Source: a virus (taxonomy: Duplodnaviria; Caudoviricetes). From it: DNA of 27,257 nucleotides. The notes under the pieces were generated by a model. It had not been told where the DNA came from. It did not search any database and was given only the letters and a program-made list of their open reading frames with translations. Numbering within the stretch: position 1 is the stretch's first letter; every line of letters begins with the position of its first letter. Positions 1 to 10,200 of the stretch are shown piece after piece. The stretch lies in IMG/VR virus record IMGVR_UViG_3300038475_000107, positions 1 through 27,257 of that record; one strand, given 5' to 3'. The position numbers and the translations under genes were made by a program.

Positions 1-1
1 G

Positions 2-628
2 TCAGAAACTTACTGCCAGAGTGTGACGGCCGCCATGCAGCGCTACGGCGTTAGCAGCGTCTTGACGACCCTGAAGGCAGATTTCTTCGCCAACAGCTTC
101 AAGTCCGGAGATCTGGCCGTGGAGATTCGTGCTTCGGTACAGGACGAGCTCGGCTCCGACTACACCACGCGCGTCGTCGCCATGCGCGAGAACTTGCTCG
201 ACCGCACCAGCCTGGTCGTCGCCGGCCTGGCCAAGGGATACTTCGCCAAGCTCTCCAATCCGCTCTTCACCACCGCGAAGGCCGTACTGGAAGCCAACGG
301 CGTGCATCCGATGGCCGTCGAAGCCGCCGCGTTGCAGATCGTGTCCGCCGCTCCCGAGTTCTTCGCCGTCGCGACCGAAAAGGCCGTGGACTTGATGGAC
401 AAGAGCGACGAAACTGTCGCCGAGCTTCGCGAGAACATCGACGATGCCGGATCACGTGCACCCGCCGAAACCGCGACCGCATCGTTCAGTCATCGGCTGG
501 CCGACTCGTCTCTGACTCGCGAGGCTCCGGCCGAAGTCCGTCAGACTGCGAAGGCATCGGCTCCGGTTGCCGGCTTCGATCGCAGCAAGCTGGCGTCGCT
601 GGTCGGCACCCTCGGCCGCAAGCACTGA
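2..628 (+). CDS. 5'-truncated helical head-assembly (scaffold-like) protein
   Basis: Frame is open from base 2 (SETYCQSVTAAMQ...), so the track's start at 23 is probably internal. Ala-rich, helical, strongly C/G-ending codons, directly upstream of the head genes. Function inferred from position. Confidence 0.5.
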   Translation, partial: SETYCQSVTAAMQRYGVSSVLTTLKADFFANSFKSGDLAVEIRASVQDELGSDYTTRVVAMRENLLDRTSLVVAGLAKGYFAKLSNPLFTTAKAVLEANGVHPMAVEAAALQIVSAAPEFFAVATEKAVDLMDKSDETVAELRENIDDAGSRAPAETATASFSHRLADSSLTREAPAEVRQTAKASAPVAGFDRSKLASLVGTLGRKH

Positions 629-635
629 GATAGAC

Positions 636-673
636 AGGGACGGTGACGGCCAGTAGTTCGTCACCGTCCTTTT
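636..673 (+). terminator. Intergenic hairpin (intrinsic terminator or mRNA stabiliser)
   Basis: GGACGGTGACG (638-648) and CGTCACCGTCC (659-669) form a perfect 11-bp stem with a 10-nt loop, followed by TTTT. Confidence 0.65.
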
Positions 674-727
674 GATCCAACTGAACTTGCAACTCAATCC
701 AAACCCATCATCAAGGAGAAATGCATC

Positions 728-1453
728 ATGGCATTCGATCTCGCCCGGACCCGTTACTCGCTCGTTGAAGAGCTGACGGTCGCCGCAGCAAACACCGTCG
801 CAGTGGAAGGTGCCTTTGTCAAGCGCGTGCTTGCCTCTGGTGTCGCAAACGCTCAACTCATCTCGGGTACCTCCTCATCTGAGCTGCTGATCGGTTTCTC
901 GATCAACAACAACATCGTGCCCGGCACCGACGTGGTGACCGAGACCGGCACCGTGCCGTCGACTTCGACCTACACGATCCAGTTGTCTCACGGCAACCTC
1001 GTGTCTGGCCAGGTCTACGTGTACGACGTCGCGACCTCCGCCGCGTTGTCTATCATCACCACTGGTTCTCCCGTGGCCGCTACCTCCGTCCTGGTCAACC
1101 TGACCTCCGGATTGCTGACCTTCGCTTCGGGCGACGCCGGCGTCGCCGTGCAGGTGCGCTATCGGTACAACCTGACCGTGGCCGAACAGACCATCATCTT
1201 CCGCGAACGTCCGGTCAACGCCAAGAGCAACACCGCTCAGGGCACGATCTCCGTCGGCCGTGGAAACGGAAACCTGTTCACCGACCAGTACGACGTGACC
1301 ATCGACTTCTCCTCGGCCACGGCGCTCTACGCCGGTGCCAACGGACTTGTCACCACGACCAGCACCAACAACGTGCTGATCACCGGCGCTCAGGTGCTTC
1401 AGGTGCCCACCGCCGCGGACAAGTACCTCGGTCTCACGTTCAACCTGGCCTGA
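728..1453 (+). CDS. Virion head structural protein (decoration/cement-like), 241 aa
   Basis: AAGGAG SD. Thr/Ser/Val/Gly-rich beta-type sequence, highly biased codons, immediately upstream of the capsid gene. Confidence 0.7.
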   Translation: MAFDLARTRYSLVEELTVAAANTVAVEGAFVKRVLASGVANAQLISGTSSSELLIGFSINNNIVPGTDVVTETGTVPSTSTYTIQLSHGNLVSGQVYVYDVATSAALSIITTGSPVAATSVLVNLTSGLLTFASGDAGVAVQVRYRYNLTVAEQTIIFRERPVNAKSNTAQGTISVGRGNGNLFTDQYDVTIDFSSATALYAGANGLVTTTSTNNVLITGAQVLQVPTAADKYLGLTFNLA

Positions 1454-1512
1454 TGCTGGTCTTCCAGCGCAACGGCTAACAACCAAAACTCGAAACAGGA
1501 GAGACAAGCATC

Positions 1513-2637
1513 ATGGCATACCAAGTCGCACGGACCGGCGAATCGATCCGCGAAAACAAGGCATTCACTCCGGCCGGCGTCGCCGCCGCCGCGGCTCAGG
1601 CGGGCTTCCGGGGCATCGACCCTTCGAAGTTCTCCGGGAGCTCCTTCCTGGACGCCAAGGGCCAGGTCAACGCTCACTCCCGCAAGGAGCTGATGCAGGC
1701 CATCGGCGTTCTGGCAACCGCCGCGGCGACCGGACTGGTCGACGAGGCTCCTGCCGAAGACGCGTCCAACCATCAGGAGGCCATCGCCGCTGCTATCTCC
1801 GACCCCACCGGTCAGGGCTGGCTCGCTCTCGGCGAGATCATCGGCACTCAGGTCGTGGAGACCATGGGTCGTCAAGGCTTCGCCCGTCGGCTGCTCCAGT
1901 TCAACCCGCTGGCCAAGGGCGACATCGCCCGCGTGCGCGTGCGCCAGCGTGACGTCGTGGCCATCGTGTCGACGTCCGACCCCAACGTCGTGGCCTCTCA
2001 GGTCCGTCAGCCTGTCGTGTACCCCGCCTTCTTCCAGATCATCGCCAACATCCTCATCGAGGATTCGGAGATCAATCTGGACTACGGCGACTTGCTCGAC
2101 GACCGTTACCAGGACGGCCTGGAACAGCTGATGGTGGCCGAAGACAAGGCAACCAAGAAGTTGTTCGACACCGCGGCGAGCATCTACAATCCGCTGTACC
2201 TGTTCCCCAGCCTGACCCCCACGGTCTGGCAGGCGATGAAGATCTCGGTCGAGGAATACGGCAATACGCCCGTGACCAACGCCGTGATCTCATACGATCT
2301 CTGGTCTGACATCACGTCCGACCCTGAGTTCGTGTCCTGGTACTCCGAGCTGGAGAAGCATGAAGTGGCCGTCGACGGCACTCTCGGCAAGATCGCCGGC
2401 GTGGAGATCATCACTGACGGTTTCCGTCTGCCCAAGCTGAAGGTCCTCGACCCCGGCCAGATCTACATGACCGCCGGTCCTCAGGCACTCGGCGTCGTGT
2501 CGCAGCTGGGCGACCTCAACGTCCAGAGCATCAACAAGTACGCCGAGGGCATCCCCAAGCGCGGCTGGTTCATGTCTCAGATGGAGGCCCTGGCCGTCCC
2601 GAACGCTCACGCCCTCGTGCGCGGACAGAAATCCTGA
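1513..2637 (+). CDS. Major capsid protein (HK97 fold expected), 374 aa
   Basis: AGGAG SD, strongly biased codons, followed by a strong terminator. Segments G-x-VNA-x-S-x-KEL, RQGFARRLL, MVAEDK, DGFRLPKLKVL and IPKRGWFM match my recollection of PaBG/Lu11/Y3-type jumbo phage capsid proteins. Confidence 0.88.
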   Translation: MAYQVARTGESIRENKAFTPAGVAAAAAQAGFRGIDPSKFSGSSFLDAKGQVNAHSRKELMQAIGVLATAAATGLVDEAPAEDASNHQEAIAAAISDPTGQGWLALGEIIGTQVVETMGRQGFARRLLQFNPLAKGDIARVRVRQRDVVAIVSTSDPNVVASQVRQPVVYPAFFQIIANILIEDSEINLDYGDLLDDRYQDGLEQLMVAEDKATKKLFDTAASIYNPLYLFPSLTPTVWQAMKISVEEYGNTPVTNAVISYDLWSDITSDPEFVSWYSELEKHEVAVDGTLGKIAGVEIITDGFRLPKLKVLDPGQIYMTAGPQALGVVSQLGDLNVQSINKYAEGIPKRGWFMSQMEALAVPNAHALVRGQKS

Positions 2638-2677
2638 TTTAACATCAGGCAACGGACCATGCTTGATCAGCTGGTTC

Positions 2678-2712
2678 AAGGGCTCCCTGGAAACGGGGAG
2701 CCCTTTCTTTTT
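2678..2712 (+). terminator. Rho-independent terminator after the capsid gene
   Basis: AAGGGCTCCCTG-GAAA-CGGGGAGCCCTT stem with a GNRA tetraloop, then TCTTTTT. Confidence 0.92.
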
Positions 2713-2760
2713 CTGTTCAATGACTGAATCGAACTCTTATCAGGTGTTAGTGCCCGTCCG

Positions 2761-2773
2761 CAACCTTGTAAAG
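2761..2773 (+). promoter_or_regulatory. CAACCTTGTAAAG motif upstream of primase (putative phage promoter or initiation signal)
   Basis: Identical 13-mer at 22973-22985. The TTGTAAAG core ends 7 nt before the ATG. Confidence 0.6.
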
Positions 2774-2780
2774 GACGTGC

Positions 2781-3833
2781 ATGACCTGGAAAGTCTTCAT
2801 AGATCAATACCTGGAATCGCGCAAGTACGACCCCCTTGCTCGTGATGCCGTGCCTCGGATCATCGAGATCGCACGTACGTATCTCCAGAACACGATCGTA
2901 GGCGACAAGGATGTGAGAGCTCGTTGCCCGTTCCATGCGGCCGATGCGAGCAGCCAAACATTACGTATCAACTTGGATCCCATGAGCAAATATGGGATCG
3001 GGTTCACACACTGTCACAGCTGCAAGAAGAACGGGCACTTCAACGTCTTGGCCGAACATCTCGGGGTCGACCTTCTCCACGGCGAGGCGAATCCGGAGAT
3101 ACGCAACATGCTGCATACACCGAAAGTCGACTCGTACGAGTATAACGTGATTCCAGCCGAACTGCGCTCTCCGATGCCGCCAGGCTATTCATGGTACCGT
3201 GAAAAAGACGACGTGACGATCTCGCACGAGGCCCTCGAGATAGTCGGCGCCGAACTTTGGAGACGTCGGCAGGCCGTACCGAAGCGAGACGGGAAGTTGA
3301 AGATCGTCGTCGACCTGGACGGACGACCGATCATCGACTATTACGTGCCGGAACTCCGTATTTGGATGCCGGTGCTCGAGATGGGAATCCCGGTCGCACA
3401 CGTAGCAGCGCTAGACGGCAAGCGCGAATGGTACTCGCGCAAATATCTCAACAGCAAGGGCGATTGGCCCAAACGTTTTGTCTGGCCGTTCGAACAAGTG
3501 CGACGTGCATTCCCGAGTCAAGACACGTTGGTCATCGTCGAAGGTCCGGCCGACGCGTTGCGTCTCATCGACAACGGCGTCGCAGCGGTGGCTAACTTGG
3601 GCGTCAGCGCCTGGACGGCCGAAAAGGCCGAACTGGTCGCATGCCATTATGCACGGGTCTTGGTCTGCTTGGACTCGGACTCGGCCGGACAGGGGAGCAA
3701 GGAGTCGATCAAGCAATCGTTCGACGGCTATCTACCGGCATACACCGTCGGGTTGAAGGGCGGCAAGGACGTCGCTGCGATGCCTCAAGCGCAACTGGAT
3801 TCGTTGGTTCGAAAACTCATCCGAGGAGAATGA
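2781..3833 (+). CDS. dnaG: DnaG-type DNA primase (CHC2 zinc finger plus TOPRIM)
   Basis: CPFH...HCHSC zinc finger, KYLNS, IVEGPADAL and CLDSDSAG TOPRIM motifs, KDV motif. Confidence 0.92.
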   Translation: MTWKVFIDQYLESRKYDPLARDAVPRIIEIARTYLQNTIVGDKDVRARCPFHAADASSQTLRINLDPMSKYGIGFTHCHSCKKNGHFNVLAEHLGVDLLHGEANPEIRNMLHTPKVDSYEYNVIPAELRSPMPPGYSWYREKDDVTISHEALEIVGAELWRRRQAVPKRDGKLKIVVDLDGRPIIDYYVPELRIWMPVLEMGIPVAHVAALDGKREWYSRKYLNSKGDWPKRFVWPFEQVRRAFPSQDTLVIVEGPADALRLIDNGVAAVANLGVSAWTAEKAELVACHYARVLVCLDSDSAGQGSKESIKQSFDGYLPAYTVGLKGGKDVAAMPQAQLDSLVRKLIRGE

Positions 3834-3835
3834 TC

Positions 3836-4003
3836 ATGCCAAATGAAATTGAAATCGTGACCGCGTCCGAAGGGACTCCGGAAGACATCGACGTCGAGAC
3901 GATCGCGGCGCGTGTAAGACAAGAACAGGCGGGAATCCAGGTTTCGGCTTCGGTCGAAGTGCACGGCGACGCAGTTGCACAAGAAGGGCTCTACACGAAC
4001 TGA
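3836..4003 (+). CDS. Small acidic hypothetical protein, 55 aa
   Basis: GAGGAG SD at 3823-3828 and ATG at 3836 (alternative ATG at 3830). Stop overlaps the helicase start (TGATG). The track's start at 3641 lies inside primase. Confidence 0.6.
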   Translation: MPNEIEIVTASEGTPEDIDVETIAARVRQEQAGIQVSASVEVHGDAVAQEGLYTN

Positions 4004-5703
4004 TGAACCAGTATTATCGGCGCCAACAGACGGTACGCCGCATCGAGCGGCTCGACGTCGAGCAGGTCAAACGCGAGCTGCCGAAGATCGTGCTGCGCGA
4101 ACGGCTGTACATTCCGAAGGTGTTGTTCACGCCGGAAGTACGCCGTGCATTTTCGACTATCATCGAGAACTACTACCCGGAGTACGACCCCGACACCGGC
4201 GAGGTGAACGAGAACCGAGACCTTTTGGTCAAAGGCTGGCAGAACGCCGGCGACGACTACATCTCGCTTGCACGCGGTGACTTGGACAAGGTCTGGGAGG
4301 TGTTTGCGAACAAGGCCGAGATCGTCGATCGCCGGGCATATCCGCACTTGAGTTTCGACTTGCGTTGGATGGGCAAGCTGATGCCCGACGGCTCGCGCAG
4401 TCCGCTCAAGCCCGAACAGGTGCCCTTCATCGAAGGGTTGCTTGAGAAGGGATACGGCATCGGAGAAGCACCGCCGGGATTCGGCAAGACAATCTGCATG
4501 TCTAACATGACGTGCCGACTGGGCATGAAGACATTGGTCATCGTGCATCAGATCGAGTTGGCACAACAATTCGAAGCCAAGTTTAGAAGTTGCACGAACG
4601 TCGGCGCTGCCGAGAAGGCATTGGGTCGCAAGTTGGTCGGGATCTGTCGCAGCAAGGCCGACTTCGACACGTTCGACATCTGCATCTCTACTTGGCAGCA
4701 ATTTCACGCACCGTTGCCGAAGGCCGATGCGGAACAATGGCTGATCGACCAGCAGATGCGTCGGCGCAAGGCCGGCGAGATCGCCATGCGCAAGTTGCGT
4801 GACAAGTTCGGGCTGGTCATCGTCGACGAGACGCACCGTGCGGCCTCGTCCTGTTTCTCGTCCGTCGTCACGAAGTTCAATCCATGGTACCGTTTCGGAG
4901 TCACTGCGACCCCGGACCGTAAGGACCAGTTAGACGCGGTCATCAAGCTGATCGTCGGACCGGTCGTTTCGGTCGGCGAGGAGAAACAGATTCTGTTGCG
5001 CGTGCGCCCGGTATATACCGGGTTCGAAGCCAAGTTCATGAAATGGTACGCGTACGAATCGCAGATCATGCGCGATGCCCGACGCAACAAACTGGCGGTC
5101 GAGCTGATCGAGAAAGACGTGAAGGCCGGACATCACGTCGTGGTCGTGTGCAACCGGACGCAACACATCCTCCAACTAGTCCAGGCGTTGTGCAAGCACA
5201 ACATCCGGGCCGAGGGTTTCTGGTCCGGACAGAAAGACCGCAAGGGCGTGCTGACCCGTGCCGAAAAGGGGCATACTCAGGTCGTCGTATCGATGCGTGC
5301 GATGCTGCTCGGCATCGACGTGCCGTGCTGGTCTTCAATCCATATCCTGACTCCGTCGAACAACGCGCCGAATCATCGCCAAGAAGTGTCGCGTGTGCGC
5401 CGTATCATCCCCGGCAAGAACTTCGCCGTCGTACGCGACTATCTCGACGCCTGTTCCGCGTCGAACGGTTGCTATACGACTCGACATCAAGTCTATACTA
5501 GTGCGAAGATGCAACCCGTCGTCTTCGAAGACGAATACGGCAACGTGATGAAGAAGATCTCGTTGGCTTATATCAAGAGTCGTGCCGTGCAACCGCGTTC
5601 CAGTACCAAAGGCGCCACGTCTCTCGAAGAGGCGGACCGGTCTTTCGGCGCCGGCGGTCCGAAGCTTCCGAACTTCTCGACTTGGGAAGGCTTCGGCCAG
5701 TGA
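4003..5703 (+). CDS. Superfamily 2 DExH helicase (UvsW/ResIII-like)
   Basis: Q motif LKPEQ, Walker A APPGFGKT, IVDETH, motif III TATPDR, GIDVP, motif VI QEVSRVRR. Confidence 0.92.
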   Translation: MNQYYRRQQTVRRIERLDVEQVKRELPKIVLRERLYIPKVLFTPEVRRAFSTIIENYYPEYDPDTGEVNENRDLLVKGWQNAGDDYISLARGDLDKVWEVFANKAEIVDRRAYPHLSFDLRWMGKLMPDGSRSPLKPEQVPFIEGLLEKGYGIGEAPPGFGKTICMSNMTCRLGMKTLVIVHQIELAQQFEAKFRSCTNVGAAEKALGRKLVGICRSKADFDTFDICISTWQQFHAPLPKADAEQWLIDQQMRRRKAGEIAMRKLRDKFGLVIVDETHRAASSCFSSVVTKFNPWYRFGVTATPDRKDQLDAVIKLIVGPVVSVGEEKQILLRVRPVYTGFEAKFMKWYAYESQIMRDARRNKLAVELIEKDVKAGHHVVVVCNRTQHILQLVQALCKHNIRAEGFWSGQKDRKGVLTRAEKGHTQVVVSMRAMLLGIDVPCWSSIHILTPSNNAPNHRQEVSRVRRIIPGKNFAVVRDYLDACSASNGCYTTRHQVYTSAKMQPVVFEDEYGNVMKKISLAYIKSRAVQPRSSTKGATSLEEADRSFGAGGPKLPNFSTWEGFGQ

Positions 5704-5732
5704 TTCACAAATTGTCAACTTAGGAAGCAGAC

Positions 5733-6329
5733 ATGCCGTTAGACAACAACGTGAAGACGTCGACACAGCGCATCGTGGCTCGGATCCAGCAAGACCCGAT
5801 CGTCAAACAGATTTTCCGGTCGATCTCTCTGGTTTCGGTCAACGCCAAGCTCGCACAAGAACTCGAGCAGTACTACGTCACGACTCGAAGCCTTGCGACG
5901 CCGGGGCATTACGACTACGGTGTGAACGTCCAGTTCCGGAACCCGCCGGCCGACCTGCGCGCATGCTTGAGCGCGATCTTGCGCATCCAGGGATACCGAG
6001 ATCGCGTATGCGAGATCCAAGTGAGCCTGCTCGACGCCCGACGTCGACTCCGACGCGCCATGGACTTGGGACAACGTCACATCTACGAGATGTACGCGTT
6101 CGACATCAAGGCACGGGGGACAGCCGAGTTTCAACGGTCGTTCATCGCGACCATTTTCACGCCGGTACAGGCACAAGAACGTGCCGACATGATCGGCGCG
6201 CAGTTAGATCAAGTCAACGCCATCTTGACGAATCTCGACAAGGCCGCTTGGGCTTACAAAGAAGTCGCGGACATCGGCATCAAGCTGATCGACCGGTTAG
6301 AAGGAGGGCACATTGTCGCAAGAGCATAA
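5733..6329 (+). CDS. Hypothetical alpha-helical protein, 198 aa
   Basis: AGGAAG SD, genome-typical codons, coiled-coil character. A UvsY-like role is suggested only by its position after a UvsW-like helicase. Confidence 0.7.
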   Translation: MPLDNNVKTSTQRIVARIQQDPIVKQIFRSISLVSVNAKLAQELEQYYVTTRSLATPGHYDYGVNVQFRNPPADLRACLSAILRIQGYRDRVCEIQVSLLDARRRLRRAMDLGQRHIYEMYAFDIKARGTAEFQRSFIATIFTPVQAQERADMIGAQLDQVNAILTNLDKAAWAYKEVADIGIKLIDRLEGGHIVARA

Positions 6330-7218
6330 AGACGAACGCAAGGGCTTCACGAAGATCCCCGCCGGAGAACATCCGGGCATCCCGAAGTTCAATATCGAGG
6401 CGCCGAGTCACGAAGAGGATGTCCAGGTCTCGATCGTCGGCCAAGACTCCGGGCTTGAAGATCTGTATCGGAAACCGACGACGCCCCCGTCACCTCCGGA
6501 AGCCGAGCCGATCTTGGACGAGGATCCGAGGTACACAGCGATCCCGGAGCACGTCGAACCGGATCCACCTTTCATCGATCCGATCTTGGAACTGGCCGGC
6601 TTGCCGACCCCCGACGCGTTGCAGGAACAAATCCGTGCCGAGATCGAGGCACAGGCTTCGATCGGTATCTTCCGTACGACAAAGTTGGCTAACTTCATCC
6701 GCGAGGCATCCACGTCTCCGACTACGATGGTCGACGAGAAGCTGCGCGACGAGATCGACGACTGGCTGATCGAGACGATCAAGTCGTACGGGGCCGCGAA
6801 GACCTCGGTGCTCGATGTCGGCTCGGCCATCACTGAGAACGGTGCGAAGCTGTACGAGAACGTCGTCGAGCTCGAAAATTTGATCAACAGTCTCGTGACG
6901 CTTCGAGCTCAGAAGCAACTTATCAAACTGTTCGACCTCGAGGAATACGAGTCAGTGCTGCTGTTAGCCGAGATCGACAAGACGATCGGACGGTCGGAAC
7001 GGCTCGAACGCGAGCATGCGAAGACCCAGTCGAAGGAGACCGTCCGTTTCCAACAGATGTTGGATTCACTGTCGGCGATCCGTGAGAGCGTGCGCGAACT
7101 CAGCAACTTGATCCCGTCGGCGTCCGTTTCAAAGCCCAGCGTGTTCTTGAAAGAGAACGCGTTCGCTTCAAGGCGCTCGACATTGACGACGAACGACGGC
7201 AATTCGTCCGAAGACTGA
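6313..7218 (+). CDS. Hypothetical protein, Pro/Glu-rich N-terminus and coiled-coil C-terminus, 301 aa
   Basis: GGAGG SD before the TTG start. Fills the gap between neighbouring genes. Confidence 0.7.
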   Translation: MSQEHKDERKGFTKIPAGEHPGIPKFNIEAPSHEEDVQVSIVGQDSGLEDLYRKPTTPPSPPEAEPILDEDPRYTAIPEHVEPDPPFIDPILELAGLPTPDALQEQIRAEIEAQASIGIFRTTKLANFIREASTSPTTMVDEKLRDEIDDWLIETIKSYGAAKTSVLDVGSAITENGAKLYENVVELENLINSLVTLRAQKQLIKLFDLEEYESVLLLAEIDKTIGRSERLEREHAKTQSKETVRFQQMLDSLSAIRESVRELSNLIPSASVSKPSVFLKENAFASRRSTLTTNDGNSSED

Positions 7219-7256
7219 GATAGGCGGATCACATGGCGACGAACGACGGCAATTCG
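7187..7256 (+). repeat. 20-bp direct repeat across a gene junction
   Basis: CGACGAACGACGGCAATTCG at 7187-7206 and 7237-7256. Both copies encode TNDGNS. Confidence 0.9.
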
Positions 7257-10200
7257 ATATTCAACGAATTCAATTTTCACAATGCAGACGACGACACGCA
7301 GTCGGCTCGTTACACCGGTGAAACTGTAAACTACAGCGACCTTGTTTCGAAGATTCGATATCGAGACCACGCCGGAAGCGATCAGTCTCGCAACGAAGTC
7401 GTCATGTTCGTCGACATACGTCTGTTCGTCATGGGCGTCGAGGTGTCTAACTGGTTGATCGGCGACGTGTCGGTCACACGCGCCAAGGGCAGTACCGACG
7501 GAACTATGTCATTCACGTTGGACAACAACTACGACCGCTTCATCATCCGTCCCGAAAATCTAGGGGGCGATACTCCGGGGTACGATTTCAACCAAGACCC
7601 GTCTAAAGGGGTGCCCAAGATCAACATCCCGACCGGTGCCAAGAACCGTTGGATCGAGAGCTCTGGAAACCAGAAGCGCGGCACGTTCGAGTACGACGAA
7701 GAAGCCAAGAAGAAGTTATACGCGTACAAGTCGCCTCAGACAATTACCGGCAAGAATCTCAAGAAGTCCGCCGGCGATACCAACACGACCAGCCAGACGT
7801 TGCCGAAGTTCGACTTGACGATCGGCGCATGCGTGATACATCTTCACGACGAGGTGCGCGCCTTCGTCGCCGACCCAAATCACGACCCGATGAACGACGC
7901 AGACCGACGTTGGATGCCTTTGTTTTCCGGCGTCGTCAGTTCGGCTCCAGTCTCACGCAATCGGATGACCGGCGAGAGTACGATCACCGTTTCATGTTCT
8001 GACGTGCGCTATCTTATGCGTAAGATGCGTGTCGCGACGAACATCCAGTCGGCGGACCAGAAGAAGATGATGGTCGCCTTCGACGAACCGATCGGAATTT
8101 TCCGTGACTGCATCGTACTGTCAGCGGCGGAAGAAGGTAAAGTCAAGTTCGAGAATTCTCTGTCGAATTACAGTTATCGTCAACTCACGCGTGCGTTGAC
8201 CTGCGGCGACACGATTCAAGATGTGCAAGACGGCGATGCTTATAACAAAAACAGCGGCAGCACCGTCGATTTCATGGATTTGAAGCATAACGTCGATCCA
8301 TATGTCGGCAAGCCGAAAGCGCATCAGGGAAGTTCGGACGCGACGGTCAGCACCGGCATCGGTGGTTTTTCTATCGGTCTTGAGATCGGCTTTTCACCGG
8401 CGAAGACCGTTGCCCAGATCACAGACACGGTCACCCTCGCGGCTGAACAGAGTTCAGAGCACAAGCAAGCCTTGGTAACTGCTATTGTCAAACTTCAAAC
8501 CGACGTTGCGTCCATTTCAGACTATCTCAACAACACAGCTGCGACGGATCCGTTGTCAAGTGCGATCAACCGTGCTCTTGCCGTCGCGAATACGATCACG
8601 ACGGCGACGGCCGACAATCATGACAATTCTACAGTCACAGTACTTGATCAACAGATTTCGAGCTTGCAGAGCATCGTCTCAGAGATCTCGAAGCTGTTTC
8701 CATCAGTGCAGAGTCAGCTAAGCGCATCGGCACAGAAGGCGAAAAAAGTAGCAGCGACTGAGAGCGCGACTGATACGTCGTCCACGTCAACAAGTGCAGG
8801 TCAGACAAAAGAGAAAGCCAACGCGAACAAAGCGGCCGATGTCTTGCCGACCGATGTTCAGAACGTGTCTGATTTGGCGACAAAGGTGAAGGACGAGGCG
8901 TCCTCGACTTTGAACAAGCAGACCATCGCGTCAGACGCGTCAACCCAGCGCACGGCAAATATCAGCACGCTCGAAGACTGGAACGATATGGTGGTGTTCG
9001 GCGCCAAGCGCGACTGGTATACCGACTGGGAAGTCGACGTGATCGGATCTAACACCCGACCGATCATGTACTTGACCGAATCGGCCGAATCGAACGTCGA
9101 CGCGGACAAGGCCTCTCCGTCGCCGCACTCGGTCTTGAACGGATTCGTGCACTATCTCATGCCCGACAAGGTCACCGGAGCACTCGGCATACGAAATGCG
9201 ATCGAACAGGCGCTGGTGACACCCGACGTGAACTGGACGAACCGGTTGGATGCCTTGGCACAGGCGTCCGAGACGATCGACTACCAGTTCTACGTCACCC
9301 CGATGGGCGACATCGCGTTCGAGTTTCCGATGTACGACTTCGATCCGACGCTTTTCGGCAAGTTCGCCGCATGCTATGTCGTACGCGACTCGATCAAGTC
9401 CGACGAGCACAACGACGAGGGAGACGGCAATGTCGTGACGGGGTTAGTCGTGCGCGGTGCATATCAGTCCGCTGAGAAGGGATCAAATACACCGACGAGC
9501 GACACCGCTCAAGACCAGGCATATTCGTACATTGTGAAGTCCGATTTCATGGCCGAGAAATACGGACCAGTCGTTGAGGAATACTCGATCCCCTGGCATC
9601 ACAAGGTATGGGCGGACGGCAAGGAAGACGATGCGCGCGAGAAGAACTCGTTGATCACGTTCGGCATCATCGAATTCTATCGACGCATCGCCGCAATGTC
9701 GTCGATGGGTTTCTCCGGGTGCTACAACCCGTTTCTGCTGCCGAACCGACCAGTGCTCAACCTTTTGCAACGTCGCATGGCACTGACGACCAGCTGTCAG
9801 CTCTCGATTCCGATCGGAGGGGCTCCCAGCAGCAGCGTCGACACGTACTTCGTACGCAAGGCTGACCAGGACGGAAAGTTCATCTCGATCACCGGGCAAT
9901 CGAATACACCGTTCAGTTACGGGAATGCCGACTATCTCGATCTGTTCACGAATACCGACTTGGCCAATATCCGTACCCCGTACGGGATCGAACTGATCGA
10001 CCCGCGCAGCAGCATGGTGCAAGAGATCGACAAACAGCTTACGTCGAGTCAGCTTGGGGTCAACACCTCGTTCGACAACTATTCGACGAATTCTACCTAC
10101 GATGCGAATAAGAAAAAGTGGAATACGCTTCAACAATCAAATCCGAAGCTAGCCGCAGCCATTACGAATGCAGCCAAAAATTCTAGAAACATGGATCCGA

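Noticed and set aside
3836-4003. VTAS/VSAS motifs (and IRAS/ATAS/AKAS in ORF 2-628) as prohead protease sites
   Set aside because: Short, common words in Ala/Ser-rich proteins. No protease gene or cleavage data in the window.
5582-6769. 395-aa + strand ORF
   Set aside because: Arg-rich alternate frame overlapping three better-supported genes. The same applies to 14075-14860 and 5043-5501.
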